NCBI GenBank assembly: GCA_964540065.1
Contig: CAZIKY010000004.1
Coordinates: 16,306-80,305 of the forward strand
DNA: 64,000 bases
Direction: 5' to 3'
Origin: Candidatus Woesearchaeota archaeon
Lineage (GTDB): Archaea; Nanobdellota; Nanobdellia; Pacearchaeales; JAHJTO01
The notes under the pieces were generated by a model, which was not told where the DNA came from, did no database searches, and saw only the letters and a list, made by a program, of their open reading frames with translations. Every line of letters begins with the position of its first letter. The first letter of the stretch is position 1. Shown one piece after another: positions 46,387 through 55,809 of this stretch. The position numbers and the translations under genes were made by a program.

Positions 46387-47808
46387 TTATGCGGGATCCA
46401 AATCCTCATATTTTGGGATTCCCATTGCCTTGTGAATACTATCGAGCTGTTTCTGCGTGATCTTTATTTGGGGGGAAGGTTTAGACTTCATCGCTCCGAC
46501 ATAAACTGAAGATCCTGTTTTCTTATCATGGTAGACCTGGGTTCTTCCGGTTTCCAAATGCCTTTCAAATATTGCATCTAAGTCTATACCCTCCGATTCT
46601 TTCTTCTTAACCCTGTAAGGCTCAAGTAATTGCTTGAGAGTCGGCTGTGAAAAGTCTCCTTCAGCCCTAAAAGTATCGAAAAGTACATTCAAAACGCTCA
46701 AGTCTATTTCATTGCTGTAAGGGCCTTTTGGCTCGGCAGAATATCCATTTTTGAATCCTTCAACAAATAATTGGGTCATCCAAGGAGACCTTATATGATC
46801 CTCCAAGAAAGGCTTCCCAGTCATCTCTCTTGGGCTGATTATTCTTGTGCTGCTTGAGATAAGGTCTTTGTACTCTCTCTTTTGCAAAGCTTCTATTTGA
46901 GATTTGGAAAGCTTGTCCACGCTTTCAGAAGAATCAAAGTCTACAAGACCTACTTTTAATTTGTCAGTTCCATTATACAAAACAATGTTTCCTATATGGG
47001 CATTTGTCTGCTCATCTTCTGAACTCCAAGTCTGGCCGCTTTTATCCATTAATCTCTTTAATCTTCCGGTAGTATATCCTACATTCTTCATCAAATCCTT
47101 CACTGCATGATAGAATACCTCGCCCAAATGAGTCCATTGCCCGATATGGACTAAATTCTTCTTCTTTGGATCCCTTATCTTGTGAACTCTTGAAATATAT
47201 AATCCGTCTATGACTCTTACCAACTCATCAAGCCTTGTATCCCCTTTAACTTCAAATAGAGTGGTTACCGGCCTTAAACCTTTGATGGTTAAAGGATATT
47301 TCCATATTCCTACAGTCTTCATTAAAGGCTCTATACCTACACTCTCCAAAACTTTGTTGAATCTATGAGTCATTTCCGCTTCATAGACTGCATTTGTAAA
47401 TTTCTGCCCGCCCCTTATCTCTTTGTAGCCCTCTCCGCTGAAGAGCTGCGGCTCTTTCAGGTCTAAAGAAACCCCTTTAAGCCTGTATAATCCGCGTCCA
47501 GAAAAAATTCTTCTCGGATCATTTACCAAAACAGACCTATGGCCGCTCCATAAGGCAGGAATTACGTCCAGCTTTTTCATATATCTGTATACTTTGAATT
47601 CGGGGTAGAAAAGGTTTCTAATCTCATCCCCATCCAAATAATGCCTAAGAAGCAAATCATCATTTTTGTCCCTTTCGTGTATCTTTGTAACCAAATAGCT
47701 CGGGACAACCCTTGGAGTCTTAAGAAATTCCGGAAGATCACTGTTTACAAAAGATTCCCCTTCAACCCTTTTCAAGAAGGTTTTGTCCCTCTTTATCAAA
47801 AGCTCCAT
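46387..47808 (-). CDS. uncharacterized protein with weak protein-kinase-like catalytic motifs
   Basis: 473 aa with NAHIGNIVLYNGTDKLKVGLVDFDSSE, resembling an Hx(D)xxxxN...DF(D/G) core. The assignment is tentative. Confidence 0.4.
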   Translation of the reverse strand: MELLIKRDKTFLKRVEGESFVNSDLPEFLKTPRVVPSYLVTKIHERDKNDDLLLRHYLDGDEIRNLFYPEFKVYRYMKKLDVIPALWSGHRSVLVNDPRRIFSGRGLYRLKGVSLDLKEPQLFSGEGYKEIRGGQKFTNAVYEAEMTHRFNKVLESVGIEPLMKTVGIWKYPLTIKGLRPVTTLFEVKGDTRLDELVRVIDGLYISRVHKIRDPKKKNLVHIGQWTHLGEVFYHAVKDLMKNVGYTTGRLKRLMDKSGQTWSSEDEQTNAHIGNIVLYNGTDKLKVGLVDFDSSESVDKLSKSQIEALQKREYKDLISSSTRIISPREMTGKPFLEDHIRSPWMTQLFVEGFKNGYSAEPKGPYSNEIDLSVLNVLFDTFRAEGDFSQPTLKQLLEPYRVKKKESEGIDLDAIFERHLETGRTQVYHDKKTGSSVYVGAMKSKPSPQIKITQKQLDSIHKAMGIPKYEDLDPA

Positions 47809-47887
47809 CGAAAGTTTTAGAATGAACCGCTTTTAAAGATTTATATTGTGGGTTTGCAATTTCAGCAATATACTTTAAATACTCTTT

Positions 47888-48838
47888 TTGCTTGCCTTTA
47901 AAATGAGGGATTTCAAAAGAGGGATCGTAGGGGTTTTGCTTTTCGCCGCAGGAATCCTGCTTATTAGCCTTTATCATACCGGAAGCATAAGCGGCTTTGC
48001 AGTTTTGGACAATGAATCTGCCGCTGAAATTCTGAAAAGCCCGATTGCCGCCTTCATTGTTTATGTTTCTGGGATCATTCTTATGCTTGCGGGCTCGGGA
48101 GTTGTAAGCGGCAAGCTAAAAGTTGCTGGCCTTGAATCAAAGCTTTTCTACAAAGATAATGAGGGAAATGTTCTGATAAATGATTTCAAGAATGAGCTCC
48201 AACAGGAAGGAATTCCAAGCGGAACTCCAGCAGAAGACGCCTTGAGAAGGATGCATAAATATGTAGAAAATGACCCGAAGCTTAAGGAAATGTTCCGGGA
48301 GATAATATTAAAGCCGTATATAGATGCGGCGAGAAGGCAGAGATATTCTCTTGCCGGAGACCATATTAAAGGCCATCCTGAGGAAGCCTTTGCGGACAGA
48401 TTCCTTAAAGAATGGGATCCAAGCTATAAGCCTCTTGTACATAAGGACGTTGTCCCGATAGAGCTAGACAAAGTAGATTCAGACCATATGATAGTCAGGC
48501 ACTACACAAACCCATCAAGGGCTCAAAAAATACTGCATACTTCCAAGTTCGGGGGAGCAACTGCCCCAAGAGATATGGATCAAGGGAAGGTTTTCATAGA
48601 ATTGGGGAGCAGCAGAATACTCTCTCCCCAAGAGTTTCTTAAAAGATATGCTATACCTCCGACCAAGAAGGATCTGGGCAAAGCATATATTGAATTTGCT
48701 GTTCCGAAAAAAGATGTGGGCTCTCAGATTAATCCGAGAAATGGGGAGAAAGAATATTTCTTAAATGCCACACATACTGAACATGGGAAGAAAGTTTATG
48801 AGATAAACAGTGAGATAAAGGTTGTTAAGAGAAAATAA
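47888..48838 (+). CDS. membrane-anchored hypothetical protein
   Basis: 316 aa with two N-terminal TM helices and a soluble C-terminal domain. Confidence 0.4.
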   Translation: MLAFKMRDFKRGIVGVLLFAAGILLISLYHTGSISGFAVLDNESAAEILKSPIAAFIVYVSGIILMLAGSGVVSGKLKVAGLESKLFYKDNEGNVLINDFKNELQQEGIPSGTPAEDALRRMHKYVENDPKLKEMFREIILKPYIDAARRQRYSLAGDHIKGHPEEAFADRFLKEWDPSYKPLVHKDVVPIELDKVDSDHMIVRHYTNPSRAQKILHTSKFGGATAPRDMDQGKVFIELGSSRILSPQEFLKRYAIPPTKKDLGKAYIEFAVPKKDVGSQINPRNGEKEYFLNATHTEHGKKVYEINSEIKVVKRK

Positions 48839-48839
48839 A

Positions 48840-49289
48840 TTACTTGGCTTCGTATTCCTCATAAACTTTGAACATTACAGGGGATTCTGAAAGCCTGTCT
48901 TTCATTATCTTTTTGACTTCATCCCACTGAAGTTTGCCATAACCGCATCCTATCTTCGGGATGGCGCATGTTTTAACGCCTTTCTTCTCTAAAAGGTTCC
49001 TGAGCTTTCTTAATGAACCGTTAACATAGCTAAGCTCGGCGTTGTATAGGTTTTCCTGAGTTCCCAAGTAAGCGATTTTTGGGGTATTTTCGGCATCTAG
49101 GATAACTCCTCCCAAATCAAAGCCGTTTCTCCTTAGCTTCTTGAATCTTGAGAATGTTTCGGGCCATTTTATTTTGATCTGTTTGGCTATACCTGTCCCC
49201 ATGTCTTCTACGTTTCCTGCGGCAACCCCATGGGCCAGGACTTCCGCATCGCTTTCAAGTGCGTCCCCCAAACAATATTCTATTGCCAT
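48840..49289 (-). CDS. macro domain protein (ADP-ribose / O-acetyl-ADP-ribose binding or hydrolysing)
   Basis: 149 aa with a Gly-rich phosphate-binding region (LAHGVAAGNVEDMGTGIAKQI) and CAIPKIGCGYGKL, typical of MacroD-like domains. Confidence 0.7.
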   Translation of the reverse strand: MAIEYCLGDALESDAEVLAHGVAAGNVEDMGTGIAKQIKIKWPETFSRFKKLRRNGFDLGGVILDAENTPKIAYLGTQENLYNAELSYVNGSLRKLRNLLEKKGVKTCAIPKIGCGYGKLQWDEVKKIMKDRLSESPVMFKVYEEYEAK

Positions 49290-49293
49290 AAAA

Positions 49294-49692
49294 TTAATCC
49301 TCCATTGCGATGTAAGGAGCGTAGAATTCTTTGTTGCTTCTCTTTATTACAAAGGCCGGATAAGAGGCCCTTGCGCATTTCATCTTTTCCCTTGCTTCAG
49401 AAAGATCCCTGGAAACACTTTCTTTTTCAAGGAAAGAAATCGGAAGCGGCTTGGCGAGAGAGTATCTTAAGACTATAATTCCATGGCCTGCATGTTCAGG
49501 AGACATGGAAGCAAATTCCCCCGCATGAGTTCTTATGTAATCTGAAAAATTAGACTCTAAATCGAAGATTACCATGTCTAATCTGTCTCTTGACCTAAGA
49601 TCTTCAAGGCTTTTTACTGCCCCAAGCATGTTGGGCATACTATAGCTTTCAAAGAAAACGCTTTTCGCTTTGGATAATTTAGCACTTTTCAT
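49294..49692 (-). CDS. hypothetical protein, co-operonic with macro domain gene
   Basis: 132-aa ORF ending 4 nt upstream of the macro gene start; no recognised motif. Confidence 0.4.
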   Translation of the reverse strand: MKSAKLSKAKSVFFESYSMPNMLGAVKSLEDLRSRDRLDMVIFDLESNFSDYIRTHAGEFASMSPEHAGHGIIVLRYSLAKPLPISFLEKESVSRDLSEAREKMKCARASYPAFVIKRSNKEFYAPYIAMED

Positions 49693-49998
49693 AAACTGTT
49701 AGCCATCCAGGATATTAGTATGTCTTAAGCTCGCTTGTTTATAAACTTTATTATTTTATCACTTTGAAATGACACTTTAAATTGGGAAAAAACTTTTACC
49801 AAAATCCATTTCAACAATCCTTTTATAGCCCCTTTATTCATTTGAATCATGATAATTAGGATTGTTTCCTACAATGTGCTTCTGATCATTTCCCGGTTTG
49901 GGCAGACCTCGAGATACCCAAAAGATGCTAATATTGGTCTAATTTTTCTTACCAAAACATTTAAATAATTGTTGTCACCTAAAAATGAATACGGCACG

Positions 49999-52095
49999 AT
50001 GGGAAAGAGCCTTTTATCTTTAATTTTGGGAGCAGCTATTCCTTTGGGATTTGCTGCAAATATCAGTGCTTCTGATAGTTCCGCTAGTAATTCTAAAGAA
50101 GACAGCTGCAAAACTGCAAGCTATCAAGAGTTTGAAGGGGAAAATGACAGAGTTTCCAAGTTTTTCCAGACTTTCTCTGAAAAACCCGATGAAAAAGTTG
50201 ACAAACTCCTTGAAAAAGGAGAGTATGCTCATGCTTTGAGCTACATTGATAAAGTCGAAGGTGAATTAAACGGCCTTTCTTCACAGCTCAGGCTTCTGAA
50301 AGAAAAATATCCGGCTTTAGAATCGCTTTTTAAGAAGACCCTTCCGAATAATTTTGCGTTCCAGAGATGCAAAATAAAGACAGACAATGAGACTTTTAAT
50401 AAAGGGCAGCTGCTTTTGGACAAATCTGCCCACATTCTTACAACTTCCGACTGGAGTTTATCCGGAGATTTGACTGCTTATGAAAATGCATTAAGCACTG
50501 TTTCTGAAGTTGCGAGCCAATATGCCGGAATTTCCAGCTTAACTTTGAACCAGCTTGATGACGGCGAATTCAAATCCTTGGAAAAAAGGATTTCTGAAAA
50601 AGAGTTAAGTTTGGCTTCTGAGAAAGACGGAAGGCTGAAGTTTATTGAATTCTTAGCAGACAGCGGAGATGCTGTCGTTGAGATGTACAGCGTAGATTTC
50701 TCAGATTTGGATAAAGCAAGAGAAGCTGTTGAAATTTCCTCGGGGGTAATCAATCGTGCTAAAGGCATAATCTCTGAGTATAACCTTCAGCATAAGGAGA
50801 CAATGACTTCTGTCTCTCTATGGGAAAGCCAAAGGGAGAATCTTGTTAAAGGAATAGCCCTGAAAGAAGAAGAACTTCGATTAGAAAGGGAAGCAGTCAA
50901 GAAAGCTGAAGAGGCCGTCTTTGGAAAGGATGAAGTAGAAAATGGCTTGAAGGAAGAGCCAAAGGAAATTCTTGGCGTAGAAGAAAGAATCAAGAGAAAA
51001 GAAGAAAACATGCCAAGCTATAATCAGGCTCTAGGGTATGTTAAAACAGCAGATATGCTCAATAAAGAAGGAAATTATATCGGGGCAAGAGTATTCTATT
51101 CTAAGGCAAGGGAATTGCTTAAGAATTCGCAATCTAGGGAAGATTGGGAAAATACCTTGAACGATCTTGAAGGCAAGATTCATTCTAATGAAACTCAAAA
51201 AAGATTAAGCGATAAGCTTGAAATTGCAAGAAGGCAGAAGTTAGGCAAAAACGGATGGTATAACTTCGAATCAGCATATCATTTTGAAAGCTCCAAAGGA
51301 GATACTCGAGCTGAATTGTCCGGATTTACCAATGTTTTGGATCTTAGGCCAGTTTTCGCCTTGCCCAAATCAAAAAGATTCAACTTGGCTCCGATATTCC
51401 GCGCTGAGCAGGAAGTATTGAGCGGCGAAGCAGAGAATACTGCAAAGATTAATGAACGTTCTGAAAGATCTCTTGAATTAGGTTTAGGGCTTGGATTTAA
51501 AGGGACATATCTTTCTGCAGGAGCAGTTTGGCAAAACGCAAGCAGAGAAGTTGCTCCATATAATATCCCATTCAATATAACTTCAAACGCCTCTGAAAGC
51601 TCATTGGGATTGGGATTAAGGGCATGGACAAATTTCCTGCTCAATTCAAGGCTTGAAGTAGCCTACAGGCAGGCATCTGGAAATCTTGATGAAGAGACAT
51701 ACAGAAATGGTACTTTAACTAAACAAACTTCATCCCCATTAGAGACCCAAAGATTCTCATTAAGCGGGCAGGTCAGCCCGGTTGAGAGCCTTACCTTGGG
51801 ATTAAATTATGATCATCTCTCCAAGGAAGTGAGAAGGGCAACTTCAAAATCAGATAGTAAGAGCGATATATTGAAATTTTCTGTTTACGCCACCCCATTC
51901 AACCTTATTCCTAAAGGTTATATCCCAAAATCAAGAGCAGGGAGAGGCTTCTTAAACGAGCTTAGGCAATTAGGCTTTGGAGGATCATATTCCAAGAACA
52001 GATTTACCGGGGGAGATTCTGAAAGATACTCTTTGGAGTTCAGATATCCTCTTAAGCAGCCGTTAAGAAGAGATAGTTCAAAAAATGAAAATTAA
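49999..52095 (+). CDS. secreted coiled-coil protein with beta-strand-rich C-terminal domain
   Basis: Signal peptide (MGKSLLSLILGAAIPLGFAANISA), a long Lys/Glu coiled-coil middle and a C-terminal ~300 aa with alternating hydrophobic and Gly patterns (LELGLGLGF, SLGLGLRAW, LTLGLNY). Overlaps the next gene by 11 nt. The ORF track begins at 49969; the ATG at 49999 is preferred because the signal peptide starts there. Confidence 0.5.
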   Translation: MGKSLLSLILGAAIPLGFAANISASDSSASNSKEDSCKTASYQEFEGENDRVSKFFQTFSEKPDEKVDKLLEKGEYAHALSYIDKVEGELNGLSSQLRLLKEKYPALESLFKKTLPNNFAFQRCKIKTDNETFNKGQLLLDKSAHILTTSDWSLSGDLTAYENALSTVSEVASQYAGISSLTLNQLDDGEFKSLEKRISEKELSLASEKDGRLKFIEFLADSGDAVVEMYSVDFSDLDKAREAVEISSGVINRAKGIISEYNLQHKETMTSVSLWESQRENLVKGIALKEEELRLEREAVKKAEEAVFGKDEVENGLKEEPKEILGVEERIKRKEENMPSYNQALGYVKTADMLNKEGNYIGARVFYSKARELLKNSQSREDWENTLNDLEGKIHSNETQKRLSDKLEIARRQKLGKNGWYNFESAYHFESSKGDTRAELSGFTNVLDLRPVFALPKSKRFNLAPIFRAEQEVLSGEAENTAKINERSERSLELGLGLGFKGTYLSAGAVWQNASREVAPYNIPFNITSNASESSLGLGLRAWTNFLLNSRLEVAYRQASGNLDEETYRNGTLTKQTSSPLETQRFSLSGQVSPVESLTLGLNYDHLSKEVRRATSKSDSKSDILKFSVYATPFNLIPKGYIPKSRAGRGFLNELRQLGFGGSYSKNRFTGGDSERYSLEFRYPLKQPLRRDSSKNEN

Positions 52096-55000
52096 GACCA
52101 ATAAAGGCGAATGGAAAACCTTGAAGGCTTTCGCATCAGTGTTAATCCTTTTAGCTGTAGTTCCTGGAGTTCTTGCAGCTTTGATAACTCCTTCAAATCC
52201 AGACACTACCGCCAATCTTGCATTTGATATTTCAAACCCTTCGCAATATGTCTATAAATGGTTTAGAGATGGGGTGGAACTTTCGGGAGAAACTGGCTCA
52301 ACTTTGAGCTCTTCATACACTTCTAGGGGGAATACCATCCTTGCAGAAGCTTACTTGAATATTTTAGGAGATTTGGTCTTCATCGATAATGCCCAAACAA
52401 CCATAGTCAATGCTGTTCCTTCAACCCCTACAGTTTATTTCTCTCAAAACAGTTATTTTGCGGATTCAAACATTACTGTTACTGCATCAAGCACCGATGC
52501 AGATAATGATGCCTTGACTTACACTTACACTTTCTATGTTAATGGGTCTTCTACTCCTTCCCAGAACTCCACTTCCAATGTCTTTAACTGTCTAGGGAGC
52601 TGCAATAAAGGCGGAACTGTAAGCGTTACAGTAGTTGCTAATGATGGTTTTACTAATTCCAATTCAGCAAGCAATCAGACTTCAATAGTTAATTCTCCCC
52701 CGGTTATTGGTTTAATTACGGTTTTGCCAAGCACGGTTTTGATCAATAGCACACTTAATGTTACGGCAAGCGTGCTTGATGTTGATGGAGATAACCTCAC
52801 AACAACTTTCCAGTTTTACAACTTGAATGATTCTTCAGTTTTGCAGAACTTCTCTAGCAATAATCTGCTTAATCTTTCGATAAATGATGCCCATAATACC
52901 ATAAGGGTTACAGTTAACTCCACTGATGGAGCCAATGTTACTTCAAGCTTCACAGATGTTGTAGTCTCTAACTCTTTGCCTCTTTGGAGCTTGGGAAATT
53001 TGAGCTTTAACCAAGATACAAATCTTTCAGTTAACTTTTCCGGAAATGTTTCTGATCTTGAGAATGATAGCCTTAATTTCAGCGCGGTTGGTTCCCAGAA
53101 TATTACTGCAAGTCTTAATGGAACTACTTTGACACTTGTTCCAGACAGCGGGTTTATCGGAACTCAGACAGTAAACTTGACTGCTGATGATGGGTTCGGG
53201 AACAGCACACAAGTTTTATCTATAACAGTTTTTGATACAACCCCTCCGGTGCTAAACATTACTGCCCCAACTAATGGACAGCTTTTCAACACTACAAATA
53301 ACGTGACTTTAACATTTACTGTTTCAGACAATGGGGTTCTAGATACTTGCAGATACACCTCTTCATTTGATTCCGGAGGTAATTTGAACTGCACCCTTGG
53401 AAGTTACAACTTTACGAATATGGTTAATGGGAATCATTCTGTGACTGTTTTTGCAAATGATTCAAGGGGAAACTCAGCCAATCAAACAGTTAACTTTACA
53501 GTTAACTTCAACTCCGCCCCTTCAATTGCTTCCTTGAATTTAACTCCAAGCTCTCCAACCACTGCCAACAACTTAAATGCCACATTCAACTTAACAGATG
53601 TTCAGCAGACTTCGCTTACTGCTTTCTATAATTGGTATAATAATGGAGTATTGAACCAAAGCGGAAGCACAAGTGCAACAAGCGGAGCCTTGGCTTCAGT
53701 AATTCTAAGCTCTGGAAATACATCTAAAGGCCAAAATTGGACCTTTGAACTGATCCCTTCAGATGGATTGCTAAATGGAACTGCTCAGAATGTTAGCCTT
53801 GTTGTTGTAAATACTGCCCCTACTTCTTCAAACATTTCCGCACAGACTTGGCAGGAAAATCAGAATTTGACTTTGAACTTGAGCTTATATTTCAGCGATG
53901 CTGATTCAGATGACCTAAGTTTCACAAGCACAAGCCCTGCAAACATCACTGTTTTGATAAACAACTCGACTAATACTTTAACTTTAGTCCCTGATGCTAA
54001 TTTTGTCGGAAAGAGAAACTTAACTATTACGGGATTTGACACTGAAAATGCAAATGTTACTAGCAATACATTCGATCTTTATGTCGGTTTCAGCGTGGTT
54101 ATCAATTCTTATGTAAATGGAACTTTTTATCCTACGGGAAACTATACAAATATCGCGGGATTGGAAACTTCCACTTTGAATGTTTCCAATATAACTGGCC
54201 CTACAATCAGTGTTTTGGATTCTACAATAACCAACTCCACAATAGTTGACTCATCTATGAATAACTGCACCGTTACAGACAGCACAGTTATTGGATCTCC
54301 TTGCTTGAATGCAGTTATTGATCCTTCTGATGTAAGATACAGCAATGCCACAGGAAGCACAGTTTTGGATTCCACAATACATTACAGCAATGCAACAAAT
54401 TCGTTTGTCAATCAGACTTCGATCTACAATTCAAGCATTGATGGCTCAAACATGACTCTTGCAACTTTGACAAATGTTACTATGACTGGATCAACCGTGT
54501 TGAACAGCACATTGAGCAATACAGTTATTGGAAGCGCAAACATAACAAATGGAGTGGTTTACAGCGGAACAATCTTGATGGCTAATGGTTCTACTTACAA
54601 TGCAACTTCTCAGGGCGCCTTGAATTTGACCTCTGCAGTCAATTATGCTCCGAATGCTGTGATAAGCTCCCCGATCTCCGGAAGCTTTAACACTGGAAGC
54701 GCGATTTCATTTGTTTCCGGAAGCACAGATTCAAATGTCGGAGGGTCATTGAATGATACATTGACTTTCTTCTGGAATTTCGGGGACGGAACAAATGCAA
54801 CCACTGAAAATGCCACACATACTTACTCGAGCGATGGAGTTTACACTGTCGTCTTGACAGTTACAGACAGATTTAATTCCACAGATAATGCTACGGTCAC
54901 CTTAACCTTATCCACGCCTTCTTCCGGAAGCGGAGGCAGCGGAGGCGGAGGCGGTGGAGGAGGCGGAAGCAGCACTCCCGCAGTATTTACAGTAACCCTT

Positions 55001-55507
55001 ACAGAACCGGTTTCAAAAGATCTGTCTGTTGGACAATCAATATCCTTCGACTTCTTGGGAGAGAAGCATTCAGTTACCTTAGAACAAGTAACTCAGACTA
55101 ATGTAAGAATTAAGGTACAATCTACTCCAGTATTTGCCACTTTGGCTGTGGGGGAGACGGGCAAGTTTGACCTGAATGGGGATGGAATTTATGATCTTGC
55201 AGTTACCTTAGAACAGAGGCTTTCCAGCCTTAAGGCTAAGCTTAAGTTTGCATTGATCTCTGAACCGATAGAAAAAGCCGAAGTAAAGGAAGAGCCTAAG
55301 GAAGAAGAGAAAGTGGAAGAGACTGAAGAAACAGAAGCCGAGGAAACCCAAACTGAAGAAGAAACTAAGTTCGATTTCAAGTCTTTGACTGGAAAGGTTA
55401 CAGAAACTTTATCAAAGGTCTCTAAGAATACTTGGATTTCAGTCGGGGCAGTTGTAGCCTTGTTAATACTTACATTTTTACTTTATAGAGTACTTTACTC
55501 TAATTAG
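52085..55507 (+). CDS. giant cell-surface protein (1140 aa): Asn/Ser/Thr-rich, Ig-like/beta-helix-like repeats, PKD domain, Gly linker, acidic stalk, C-terminal TM anchor
   Basis: Features, in order: a signal peptide; dense N-x-S/T sequons; a repeated LTLVPD(S/A)xF(I/V)G module (two copies); parallel beta-helix-like NxT/NxS repeats; a PKD signature (FWNFGDGTNATTENATHTYSSDGVYTVVLTVTD); a GSGGSGGGGGGGGG linker; an EEKVEETEETEAEE acidic stretch; and a C-terminal TM (ISVGAVVALLILTFLLY). Confidence 0.6.
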   Translation: MKIKTNKGEWKTLKAFASVLILLAVVPGVLAALITPSNPDTTANLAFDISNPSQYVYKWFRDGVELSGETGSTLSSSYTSRGNTILAEAYLNILGDLVFIDNAQTTIVNAVPSTPTVYFSQNSYFADSNITVTASSTDADNDALTYTYTFYVNGSSTPSQNSTSNVFNCLGSCNKGGTVSVTVVANDGFTNSNSASNQTSIVNSPPVIGLITVLPSTVLINSTLNVTASVLDVDGDNLTTTFQFYNLNDSSVLQNFSSNNLLNLSINDAHNTIRVTVNSTDGANVTSSFTDVVVSNSLPLWSLGNLSFNQDTNLSVNFSGNVSDLENDSLNFSAVGSQNITASLNGTTLTLVPDSGFIGTQTVNLTADDGFGNSTQVLSITVFDTTPPVLNITAPTNGQLFNTTNNVTLTFTVSDNGVLDTCRYTSSFDSGGNLNCTLGSYNFTNMVNGNHSVTVFANDSRGNSANQTVNFTVNFNSAPSIASLNLTPSSPTTANNLNATFNLTDVQQTSLTAFYNWYNNGVLNQSGSTSATSGALASVILSSGNTSKGQNWTFELIPSDGLLNGTAQNVSLVVVNTAPTSSNISAQTWQENQNLTLNLSLYFSDADSDDLSFTSTSPANITVLINNSTNTLTLVPDANFVGKRNLTITGFDTENANVTSNTFDLYVGFSVVINSYVNGTFYPTGNYTNIAGLETSTLNVSNITGPTISVLDSTITNSTIVDSSMNNCTVTDSTVIGSPCLNAVIDPSDVRYSNATGSTVLDSTIHYSNATNSFVNQTSIYNSSIDGSNMTLATLTNVTMTGSTVLNSTLSNTVIGSANITNGVVYSGTILMANGSTYNATSQGALNLTSAVNYAPNAVISSPISGSFNTGSAISFVSGSTDSNVGGSLNDTLTFFWNFGDGTNATTENATHTYSSDGVYTVVLTVTDRFNSTDNATVTLTLSTPSSGSGGSGGGGGGGGGSSTPAVFTVTLTEPVSKDLSVGQSISFDFLGEKHSVTLEQVTQTNVRIKVQSTPVFATLAVGETGKFDLNGDGIYDLAVTLEQRLSSLKAKLKFALISEPIEKAEVKEEPKEEEKVEETEETEAEETQTEEETKFDFKSLTGKVTETLSKVSKNTWISVGAVVALLILTFLLYRVLYSN

Positions 55508-55515
55508 GAGATAAA

Positions 55516-55809
55516 ATGGCGATAGATTTAGATCATTTGGCTTATGACGTTGCAAATTTTGCACATAGTTCTTGGGAGCCTACCAGCATAGATGCAATAA
55601 TTCGCGGCCCAAGACCGTATTATTACTGCTGGACTGAAAAGGAAGGAATGGATATCCTTACTTTTACTGATCCAAGCAAACCTGAAACAGCAAAACTTTT
55701 CAGATACAGCCATAGACAGATCAGAAAAGGAGCAGATTTGGCTAATGATAAGCCAAAGCTTACCGGAAAGGAGGTTGTAAGGTTCTTAAGAGAATACTTG
55801 AAGAAATAA
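55516..55809 (+). CDS. hypothetical protein (operon member 1 of 5)
   Basis: 97-aa ORF starting 9 nt after the giant surface-protein gene and abutting the next ORF. Confidence 0.4.
   Translation: MAIDLDHLAYDVANFAHSSWEPTSIDAIIRGPRPYYYCWTEKEGMDILTFTDPSKPETAKLFRYSHRQIRKGADLANDKPKLTGKEVVRFLREYLKK

Noticed and set aside
54925-54965. GGCGGAGGCGGTGGAGGAGGCGGA run (possible simple repeat or CRISPR-like)
   Set aside because: It is in frame within the 1140-aa CDS and encodes a GSGGSGGGGGGGGGS flexible linker. There are no spacer-repeat arrays anywhere in the window.
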